Below, piece by piece: positions 53,570 to 64,000 of a stretch of 64,000 bases of DNA. The stretch's first letter is position 1, and each line of letters begins with the position of its first letter. Both the position numbers and the translations under genes were made by a program. Origin of the DNA: Asterias rubens (taxonomy: Eukaryota); NCBI RefSeq assembly GCF_902459465.1, contig NC_047064.1, forward strand, positions 19,096,001 to 19,160,000, in the 5' to 3' direction. The notes beneath the pieces were generated by a model. It was not told the DNA's origin, ran no database searches, and was given only the letters and a program-made list of their open reading frames with translations.

Positions 53570-53930
53570 ATCCGTTACCTCCGGATTCCATACCCTTATT
53601 GCAGATCTACAACCCGTTATAACGTGTTCACAATCCATTATACGGATTCAAAGTGGTAAAGAACGGATTCGTGATCACTGAACAGATTCATAATCCACTA
53701 CTCCACAACGGATTGTGAATCCGTAATAACGGATTCGAATACGTAAATAACAGATTGTGAAGTGAGTAATAGTGGTGTTCACAATCCGTTATACGCCATT
53801 CAAAGTGGAAAAATAACGAATTCGTGATCACTGAAAAGATTCATAATCCAATACTCCTTGTAACGGATTGTGAATCCGTAATAACGGATTCGAATACGTA
53901 AATAACAGATCGTGAATCAGTAATAGTGGA
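53570..53930. repeat. Array of short inverted ACGGATTC/GAATCCGT motifs (also 62600-62900)
   Basis: Repeated gaatccgtaataacggattc-type palindromes; probably a decayed MITE interior. Confidence 0.6.
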
Positions 53931-54957
53931 GCCATCATAGTGTCCAAGCCCCTGTGTTTATAACCACGCGTTGGTGCCTTCCGATGTAACCACAGAGTTG
54001 TAACTAAAAGTAAAAAACACACACAGCACAAGCCCATCCAGCATTTCCTGCAACGCTTGCATGCTCATAATAATAATAATAATAATGTCACCTTCAAAAA
54101 GAACACAAACCAAAATTACTTGAGCTGGAGTCTAGGTTCATTGGATGCATTGCCACAATCACACAGGTGAAGAGTGGGAAATCCCGTTGTCAGGGAAACG
54201 CACGACAGTTAAAAAACATCTTTCTAAACCATGCATTTCATAGCAAACAGTTTCAAACGCTTTTCGTAGACCAACTCGGCCGATCCAAGGCAACGTGTTC
54301 CTTTAATCTCCTGCTTCTTATTATTCACAAAAAGAGCACAAACATCAGTATAACATAACTACAATGTAAAGGTCAAGTGTCAAAACATGTCTGGCTATAG
54401 CCTACCGCTCTACCTGGCAAGTATATACAAATAATGGTGTTACCGCAAACCACATCACCATGCAATGCCTCAAACCTATATAAATAAAATTAATAAAAAC
54501 TTACAAATAAAATAGATTAAATTAATCAAATAATTTAGAAGGGTAAAATAATTGAATATTTTTGAAAATATAAGCTTAAAAAGAAAACGGCTTGGCATTT
54601 TTGATTATGTTCAATGCAAGCAATTCAGAGGAGTGCTTCGTGCACAAAGTGATTGAGTAAGCCTAAAAGATAGATAGAAAATTTATATACATCATAATTG
54701 CACAGTGAATTCAAATAAGGAATTTCGGTCACTCTTCTCGATTTGCACAGCAAAAATATAAATCTCACGCATCTTATTTGTATTCTCTTAGATGGTCAAA
54801 GCATACTGATCGAAACGTCGAGTTTAAAACACAGTTCGTCGAAAGATTTATTGATCCTCAAACATTACTTGATTATTTTCAATAATAATTTTTACAGCAA
54901 ATGCCTTTGTTGTATTCATTTTAATTGAAAACAAAGATTGTATCTTCTTTCGCCCTT

Positions 54958-55338
54958 TTAAAGACAGTGGAAACTATTTGTAATTGTCAAAGACTAGTCT
55001 TAACAGTTGGTGTATCTCAATTTATGCATAAAATAACGAACCTGTGAAATTTTGAGCTCAATTGGTCGTCGAAGTTGCGAGATAACAATGAAAGAAAAAA
55101 ACACCCTTGTCATACGAAGTTGTGTGCTTTCTGATCCTTGATTTCGAGACCTCAAATTCTAAACTTGAGGTCTCGAAATCAAATTCGTTGAAAATTACTT
55201 CTTTCTCGAAAACTACGTCACTTCAGAGGGAGCTGTTTCTCACTAATACTATCAACCTCTCCCCATTACTCCATACCAAGAAAGGTTTTATGCTAATAAT
55301 TGTTTTGAGTAATTACCAATAGTGTCCACTGCCTTTAA
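54958..55338 (+). mobile_element. Family A MITE
   Basis: Full length with TTAA flanks. Further partial copies at ~270-580, 3563-3932, 5960-6243, 30640-30983, 35050-35340 and 40290-40530. Confidence 0.85.
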
Positions 55339-57283
55339 AACATGTCTGGCTGGCGCTGTACGGATACAAATACACAACACCCAATTCAACTAGCCTAAAA
55401 AATACAATGTTTCTCTGGGGTGGATTTCACAAAGAGTTAGACTCGTATTATCTCGAGTTACTCGTCATAACTAGGATTAGCCTTTGTTATTAAGTTTAAC
55501 TCATAAAGAGTATGACTTATCCTAAGTTTGTGAAATCGACCCCTGAGTATTATACAATTCTATAAATTTTAGAATTCAAAATGAGAAGTAGACTAAAGCC
55601 GTAAATGAATCGCTTCCTTTATGCGACGTGGAAACCCGTGAGAAAAATGCGGAAGTTTCCTATTTGCATTTAGGCCTACTGTTAAAAAAAAAATTAAATA
55701 AAAATTCGAAATGGCGTGAGCAGAAAATCTTCCATGCAAACACAAACTCCGCCTTAAAATATTTTATAGCATTATTCAAGATTTTCGGTACTTTTTGTAC
55801 GACACAAAACACGACAATTTCCAGCTTCACGTCAACCCAAAATGCGCCTCTGTCGGTTTATCACGTTTACGTTGTGGACCAAGACTAGCTACTAATTTAT
55901 TGTTCACAAAAAGAGCACCGTGTAGTGTTAACAGCATTATAACAAGACTATACGAATGTCAAGGGTCAAAACACGTCTGGCTAATACCCGCACATACAAA
56001 ATACACAACATCTTTCTCTTTGATTCAACTAGCCTAAAAAAATTAAAATGTTTCTCTGATAAATAAAGATGATTTGAAGGAATTGCAGCCGACTTCAAAC
56101 GCTAGATTTAATCATATCTCGAGTCCTAACTAAGGATTGATCTATAGGTTTACATGTTAAAATGCAAGGTTGTGTTATGGGACTCGTCCTATAAGTCCTA
56201 GTTAAGGTTAATACAATTGTCAAAGACCAGTATTCTAAACTTGGTGTGTATCACAACATTATGCATAAATAACTATTATGTGAACATTTTTGGCTCATAT
56301 TATTTGCAAAAAAATAATGACATAAAAAACACACTCGATTGAAGGGAGACAATGTGTGCCCTGAAACTTTTAATATGCTTTTTTTGAAAACGTTTTCTTG
56401 CAATGTGCAAATTGAAAGTTTGAAGCCGACGAGTGTAAGGCACGAGTGTTGTACTTGTTGCTAAAATTACTCTCAAGATAATTTTATCGCATTCTCATGC
56501 GAAATTTAAATTCCATGTACACGTACCAAAGGTAAAAAAATTACCAAACGTTTACCCCCAGTCTATAACTGAAATACAATTGGTGACAGTAGTTCCTTCG
56601 ACCTTTTGCCGGTCATTGTTACGTCTTTCTTCCGGGCACACATATTAAGTGTTATGAACGCGTGCGGGATTCGAACCTATACTACGATAGATGTGCTTGA
56701 TTGGTTGCCACGACACGTCGCGCAGTTGTAGGGGATGACATCGGATTGTAACTTACGGGTGTACCTGGTGTGCCCTCCCGGTGATGGCCGCTGAGTCACA
56801 GCGATGTGAATTCATGTAATTTTCTCTGTTTAAGCAATATTTTTGTGCTAAGCAAGTTATTGTGCTTACAGGTTTTATGACATTGGGCCCTGGTGTTGAA
56901 ATTAAATCATGGCTCCGACTTCTCCCGTTCGCTATTAGACTTGACTCAAGTCCAAATCCCGTGCGAGTCCTTTTATTTTCAGTCCCACCGGCTAACGTCA
57001 GAAAATGTTTGCGCGGATGGTGTGGCAGGAGATTCTGTCCCCCGGAGATTGGGTGCCCCCCCCCCCCCCCCCATAATAGCAAACTATGTACAAACCTATT
57101 CTGAAAGCGCCCTCTTTGAATCCTCCTCCTTGGCCCGTGTTCATTTCTCACTGTGGTGACCGAATCTCCGGCGGACAGAATTACCTGGGACACCGGCATC
57201 CCCCAACTAACGAATTCGAAATCAGTATTGGCGACGAAATACAGTTAGTACATATTTGTACAACCTGTCAATGAAGAACTTCA

Positions 57284-59964
57284 CTAATAAGGATTATATC
57301 GACAATATGATTTGATTCTGCATCTAAGTTTCAGAGGCGTGGTCCCTTGATCTACGTCTTGGGCATCTGATGAGCCGTCCATCGTGGCCAGTGTGTTTGT
57401 GCTTCCAGGAAAGGGCTCCCCTTGGACTGTCGTATCCATGGAAAGTGTGTTGGTTGAAGGAATAGACTCCACTTCGTCTGCTGTGACCATGGGAAGTGTG
57501 CTGGTTGAAGGGATATACTCCACTTCGTTTGCTGTGGCCATGGAAAGTGTGCTGGTTGAAGGAATATACTCCACTTCGTCTGCTGTGACCATGGGAAGTG
57601 TGCTGGTTGAAGGGATATACTCCACTTCGTCTGCTGGGGCCATGGGAAGTGTGCTGGTTGAAGGAATAGACTCCACTGCGACTGATGTGGCCATGGAAAG
57701 TGTGCGGGTTGAAGGAATAGACTCCACTTCATCTGCTGTGGCCATGGGAAGTGTGCTGGTTGAAGGAATAGACTCCACTTCGTTTGCTGTGGCCATGGAA
57801 AGTGTGCTGGTTGAAGGAATAGACTCCACTTCGTCTGCTGGGGCCATGGGAAGTGTGTTGGTTGAAGGAATAGACTCCACTTCGTTTGCTGTGGCCATGG
57901 AAAGTGTGCTGGTTGAAGGAATAGACTCCACTTCGTCTGCTGGGGCCATGGGAAGTGTGTTGGTTGAAGGAATAGACTCCACTTCGTCTGCTGTGGCCAT
58001 GGGAAGTGTGCTGGTTGAAGGAATAGACTCCACTGGGACTGATGTGGCCATGGGAAGTGTGTTTATCGAAAGAATAGACTCCACTTCGTCTGCTGTGGCC
58101 ATGGAAAGTGTGCTGCTTGAAGGAATAGACTCCACTGTGACTGCTGTGGCCATAGGAAACGTGTTTGTTGAAGGGATATACTCCACTTCGTCTGCTGTGA
58201 CCATGGGAATTGTGCTGGTTGAAGGAATAGACTCCACTGCGACTGATGTGGCCATGGGAAGTGTGTTGGTTGAAGGAATAGACTCCACTTCGTCTGATGT
58301 GGCCATGGGAAGTGTGCTGGTTGAAGGAATAGACTTCACTGGGACTGATGTGGCCATGGGAAATGTGATGGTTGAAGGAATAGACTCCACTTCGTCTGCT
58401 GTGACCATGGGAAGTGTGCGGGTTGAAGGAATAGACTTCACTGGGACTGATGTGGCCGTGGGAAATGTGATGGTTGAAGGAATAGACTCCACTTCGTCTG
58501 CTGTGGTCATGGAAAGTGTGTTGGTTGATGGAATATACTCCACTGGGACTGATGTGGCCATGGGAAGTGTGTCTGTTGAAAGAATAAACTCCACTTCGTC
58601 TGCTGTGGCCATGGAAAGTGTGTTGGTTGAAGGAATAGACTCCACTTCGTCTGCTGTGACAATGGGAAGTGTGTTGGTTGAAGGAATAGACTCCACTTCG
58701 TCTGCTGTGGCCATGGGAAGTGTGCTGATTGAAGGAATAGACTCCACTGGGACTGCTGTGGCCATTGGAAATGTGTTTGTTGAAGGGATATACTCCACTT
58801 CGTCTGCTGTGACCATGGGAAGTGTGCTGGTTGAAGGAATAGACTCCACTGCGACTGCTGTGGCCATGAGGAGTGTGTTTGTTGAAGGAATAGACTCTAC
58901 TTCGTCTGCTGTGGCCATGGAAAGTGTGTTGGTTGAAGGAACAGACTCCGCTTCTGGTAAAGGGAAATCAACTTTAGGGTGAATGTCAGAGTGAGATGCA
59001 GAGATTGATAGGCCATGTTCGGATGGCTTTCTGAGAAGCATTACAGACGCTTTATTGATTTTGAAGGCTTTTCTATTACCAGCCAGTTGGTCATACAAAT
59101 TCAACGTTGCCACATGTTTTGTCACGGGCATACTAAAGTTGCTCGAAGACCGCATATACTCCACTTCTGTAACTCCTCCAGAGCTCGCAATGTTTTGAAA
59201 CTCAGCGTGTTCTATCCCATAACTATTGTCAATGTACAACACCATAGCGCCTGGCTTCAGCACTCTGAAGATTTCACGCAGTAAATTTCCGCGAGTTAAA
59301 TCACTCCTGATGAAAGCAGAGACTGTCGAGAAAAACTTAACAAACGAGACGATATCGGCCGCTCTAATTTTGTCCATTTCGACTTTGTTAAGACTTGTAA
59401 TTGCCGTACGAGTCATGTCACCTGAGAAGTACGTCATCGTTGGAAACTCATCACTGGCATTGCTCTGTGTAATCTTTTCCAAGTGTCCTCCCATTCAGGT
59501 CGGAGATCAAATATCGTGCACTCCAAACGGTTTGTTGGAACCAGTCCAGTGTCCCGTAGAAACTTGGTCAGGCCCAGAGCGTCTGATCCTGGCCCTCCAC
59601 CGATGCAGCACACACGGAAAGACGGCTTGTATTTCCATATATCTGTGAGATGCTCTTTGTCCGCCAATCCTAGCTGCAGACTTTGATAGACCATGTAGCT
59701 GTGCATGGCAAAGAAGCGATACACATAGGTACATCGGTAGCATTCGTCACTCCAATCCGGTCTGGCTGTGTTGTGGAGACTTTTCATGTATACTCTTCGT
59801 ATTTCCTCCATACATGACTTTAATCTGCCGATCACGGAGGCATTCTGGTCTGAACTTGAGGATAAAAACTCAATGACGACTTTTTCAAAATACTCATCGG
59901 CTTCAATAACTGTTGAGTGCCTGCCATTGTTCAGACGAAAAACATCACCATTTACAGACGTCAT
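57284..59964 (-). CDS. MT5: methyltransferase-like gene with 17-aa repeat tail; 1-nt frameshift in this sequence (~893 aa if repaired)
   Basis: ORF 59434-59964 carries the N-half (to ECTIFDLRPEWEDTW); ORF 57284-59494 carries the C-half (KITQSNASDEFP...). The frames join if one A is added to the A4 run at 59475-59478. Ends ...RCRIKSYCRYNPY. Confidence 0.8.
57437..58955 (-). repeat. Coding minisatellite, ~30 x 51 bp, in the MT5 tail
   Basis: Unit ggaaagtgtgttggttgaaggaatagactccacttcgtctgctgtgaccat (51 bp), encoding MATADEVESIPSTNTLP with SVAV/SVPV variants. Confidence 0.95.
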
Positions 59965-60079
59965 TTTTTCATCTGCTTACAGCGTTCGGAAAATAAGTGA
60001 GCCCAGCATAAACTGACTGAGTATAACAATGGCCAATTCGCTCAAAATAAATGTAAAAACAGGTGTTGCAACGTTAAAC

Positions 60080-60090
60080 GGGGAATCCCC
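60080..60090. promoter_or_regulatory. kB-consensus site GGGGAATCCCC 116 bp upstream of the MT5 ATG
   Basis: Matches GGGRNWYYCC; the same aacGGGGAATCCCCga 16-mer occurs upstream of MT4 (51399, 52576). Confidence 0.5.
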
Positions 60091-61889
60091 GAAATATTAT
60101 CGACGGAGGGCGCTGTTTCGGATAATGTTAAAAGCCAATCTCTAAACACAGGGCCACAATGTTGCACATATATATAAATTTCCCAGAATTATTTACGATT
60201 TTTTTTTTGAATGTATTTATAGCCCTCCATAACATTTTTATCAAAACAACCCAAATTCAACCCAAGCAAAGCCAGTAATATCGAAGGTTTGATTCTTAAT
60301 ACGCGTCGCAACTGCCATACTGGGTGATAATGGGTCATCTGATTTCCATGTAAACTAATTTAATAAAATATTATAGGAACGTACTGAAATTGGATTATTT
60401 AACTACTGTATGCATAGAAACACACATACGGGGAACAAGAAGGGGAAAGTTCGGTAGGGTGACCCCTTTACCGAACTGTCCCTTTCGAATTCAGTACGTT
60501 GTATGTATATTTAACCAAACCCACTTGCGTTAACTACCTCAGCCTCAGTCGTATTCCGCCCACGTTAGCTCCGACATTGTACCCTTTCGTCATAATTTAT
60601 GTGACCTTCAAAAAACGCACAATGATAAGAACGACTAGAGCTTGAGTCTAAAGTTCCCCGAATAACTCAATACGTTATTGCATGAACGGGGAGAGTCCCA
60701 TGTCACGCAATGTATACAATTTGCATTGTGGGTGGGGAGCAGACAAAAACAAAATTTCAATTGCTTGAAAATTCATGTTCTTTATATTCTTCAAAAAACA
60801 CACTGGCCTACGGCTTATGTGTTACTGTGCTGTAGGTCTACTTGTCAATGGCCTGATTTTTATAAAGCCTGTAAGCACAATACATCTCTATAAGCATTAT
60901 GAAACAAGCTACCAGCCACCCAATTTTTGCTTAGAAAAGAAGTTTGTTGAGAGAAAATGAACACGTATAGTTGTGACATGAAGAAAACCTTTATAAAACC
61001 TGAACTTGAAACCTTGTGAGATTGCAGTCAACGTGCCTTGTACTAAGGTCATACTAATTTTTACGAGATATAAGTCATAGCTTCTGATTATTACTGATTA
61101 GACATCACGTCATAAAAATTACTTTCGTGTCCACCCTCCCTCTTCAATGTCACTTTAACGCTTTCAATTAACCACTTGCACCCCCCCCTTCATTTTCATT
61201 AAAGTCAGCATAAAAAGGTTGTGGCTAACGCGATGAGACAGTAGGCCGACATTGAATACTACATCAAACAATAATACTGTCTGTTCTTCTATTATTGAAA
61301 TGAAATGCCAAGAAAGTAACCCTCGGGAAATTATTGGGGGGATTATTTCTGAGATGGTGCACACTATTGACTGACAATAATTATTTAGATTTAATATTTC
61401 ATTCACAATAATATTCAGTTTATTCATTCCGTGCTAGAAATTAGTTGAAACATACTTCTAACACTTTTCACATTACCAAATATTTCACACTCCAAAATAG
61501 TGATAAAAAAAAAAAAAATGAAGGGCAAAAGACCATGACAAATTTGCACAGGTTTCTTATTTTATACATACACCAAGTGAAGATGGTCTTTGACAATGAT
61601 TAATAAAAGTATACACTACCTTTTTACAACTTTTCTCTGAAGTCAAAATATTGTGTACCTAACAAAGAACGTAGAAAATATTTCAGACATGATTTTGTAA
61701 TAGCTTATTTCAAGAACAGCCGTTAATGAACATTTTATCACATTAATGCTAAAACTTCCTCCAAAATATACAACTATCCTTCATGGAATTCAAAAATTAA
61801 CAAATAAAAGGTTTTATGCTACAGTTGTGATATAGTTGTTAGTTTCAGTAACTCAGTGTTATAATTCATCGGAGGTATTATAAGGTTTC

Positions 61890-63028
61890 ACACCAGATTA
61901 AATAGAATATCTACAACTAGATTAAAACGAACAAAATTGATAATATAAACAAATTTAATGAAAAATATCAAATTAATAAAATAACTTTAAAACGAGAATA
62001 TTATAAACTAATTATCTTGAAAATGTAAGCTTAAAAAAGGCTTGGCATTTTTGTTTTATGTTCAATGCAAACAGTGCGGGGAGTTCTTCATGGGGGCATG
62101 CGCAGAGTGATCGAGTGGGCCCAGTGTTTATTAGATAATAATATAGACAATTATTGCGCACTGAATTCAACTTAGGAATGTACTACATAGAAAGGCACTT
62201 TTTGTTTTAAATGTCTTGAAAAATGACAGAGCATACTGATGGAAACGTCGATTTGTTAAAAACACAACTCATCGAGGGATATATTAATTATAAATTGTCT
62301 CATTAATATTCTTGATTATTTCAATTATAATGACTACATCAAATGGCTCGGTCTTATTCATTCTAAACTCAATGGTGATTGATTTTTATGAATGATTTGA
62401 TAGTAAAAATCATGAGTATCAGGGCTACCAATATATTGCCACACCCTTTGGGAACCATTTTGTTAAAGTACTACCACACTTTTTTATTTTTTTTTATTTG
62501 TTATATCAGATTATATTAGATTAACAAGGCAATATTTATCATTTTAAAATGTCTGATCTAAATCTACAAAAGCCAATAATTTTTTGTTTAATACAATCCG
62601 TTACCTCCGGATTCCATACCCTTATTGCAGATCTACAACCCGTTATAACGTGTTCACAATCCGTTATACGGATTCAAAGTGTATTAATTTTGGTTTTTAC
62701 CCATACACCGATGTGTGTTAGCACTGTATACTCAGTACATTCCCGAGTCCTGTGAAAAAATATCACGGGCATGTTACTCGGGTGGGCGGATTCGTGATCA
62801 CTGAATAATCCAATACTCCTTGTAACGGATTGTGAATCCGTAATAATGGATTCGAATACGTAAATAACAGATCGTGAATCAGTAATAGTGGAGCCATCAT
62901 AGTGTCCAAGCCCCTGTGTTTATAACCACGCGTTGGTGCCTTCCGATGTAACCACAGAGTTGTAACTAAAAGTAAAAAACACACACAGCACAAGCCCATC
63001 CAGCATTTCCTGCAACGCTTGCATGCTC

Positions 63029-63064
<36 letters not shown>

Positions 63065-64000
63065 TCACCTTCAAACAGAACACAAACCAAAATTACTTGA
63101 GCTGGAGTCTAGGTTCATTGGATGCGGTGCCACAATCACACAGGTGAAGAGTGGGAAATCCCGTTGTCAGGGAAACGCACGACAGTTTAAAAACATCTTT
63201 CTAACCATGCATTTCATAGCAAACAGTTTCAAACGCTTTTCGTAGACCAACTCGGCCGATCCAAGGCAACGTGTTCCTTTAATCTCCTGCTCCTAATATT
63301 ATTCACAAAAAGAGCACAAACATCAGTATAACATAACTACAATGTAAAGGTCAAGTGTCAAAACATGTCTGGCTATAGTTCATGCAACGCTTGCATGCTC
63401 ATAATAATAATAATAATAATGTCACCTTCAAAAAGAACACAAACCAAAATTACTTGAGCTGGAGTCTAGGTTCATTGGATGCGTTGCCACAATCACACAG
63501 GTGAAGAGTGGGAAATCCCGTTGTCAGGGAAACGCACGACAGTTAAAAAACATCTTTCTAAACCATGCATTTCATAGCAAACAGTTTCAAACGCTTTTCG
63601 TAGACCAACTCGGTCGATCCAAGGCAACGTGTTCCTTTAATCTCCTGCTCCTAATATTATTCACAAAAAGAGCACAAACATCAGTATAACATAACTACAA
63701 TGTAAAGGTCAAGTGTCAAAACATGTCTGGCTGTAGCCTACCGCTCTACCTGGCAAGTATATACAAATAATGGTGTTACCGCAAACCACCTCACCATGCA
63801 ATGCCTCAAACCTATATAAATAAAATTAATAAAAACTTACAAATAAAATAGATTAAATTAATCAAATAATTTAGAAGGGTAAAATAATTGAATATTTTTG
63901 AAAATGTAAGCTTAAAAAGAAAACGGCTTGGCATTTTTGATTATGTTCAATGCAAACAGTTCATAGGAGTGCTTCGTGCACAAAGTGATTGAGTAAGCCT
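61890..64000. repeat. Segmental duplicate of 52925-54665; includes an internal ~357-bp tandem duplication (63010-63735)
   Basis: Long near-identical stretches, giving duplicate spurious ORFs 53828/62763 and 54167/63501. Confidence 0.9.

Noticed and set aside
56640-56720. tRNA gene suggested by GGTTCGAATCCC on the minus strand
   Set aside because: No A box or cloverleaf; at most a SINE fragment.
31338-58955. CRISPR-like appearance of the repeat arrays
   Set aside because: Units are contiguous with no unique spacers, there are no cas genes, and the context is eukaryotic.
57384-58982. 532-aa plus-strand ORF
   Set aside because: Antisense shadow of the 51-bp coding minisatellite; a stop-free unit makes a long ORF automatically, and it ends where the repeat ends.
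31862-59964. MT genes as cargo of one autonomous transposon or a contaminant bacterial contig
   Set aside because: No transposase, integrase or enclosing TIR/LTR pair was found, and the genes are interleaved with the same host MITE families as the DIPK2 introns.

Overview
AT-rich, repeat-dense eukaryotic DNA. It looks like an invertebrate deuterostome; the repeat families suggest a sea star, but that is an inference. The first ~24 kb holds the 5' part of a spliced, minus-strand DIPK2/DIA1 (C3orf58)-family secretory-pathway kinase gene: three coding exons join in frame through GT-AG sites, and the 3' end lies beyond the window start. From 31.8 to 60 kb there is a cluster of five paralogous class I SAM-dependent methyltransferase-like genes with intronless coding regions (motif RVCC[IV]GGGPGSD). 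Three are intact, one has a single nonsense codon and one has a 1-nt frameshift. They share a core block that is near-identical at nucleotide level, but have hypervariable loops and unrelated C-terminal tails (none, Pro-rich, acidic 15/18-bp repeats, ~30 x 51-bp repeats). The three tailed copies all end in R-[FY]-x-P-Y-stop, a PY-NLS-like motif. Every copy has a kB-consensus site within ~0.1-1.5 kb upstream. My best hypothesis is a fast-evolving, NF-kB-inducible, nuclear methyltransferase family under birth-and-death evolution. The rest is non-autonomous DNA transposons (TTAA/Kolobok-like, Harbinger-like, and a TAG...CTA family with 9-bp TSDs that includes a 20-bp minimal insertion), minisatellites and local segmental duplications. 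No rRNA, tRNA gene or CRISPR array was seen.
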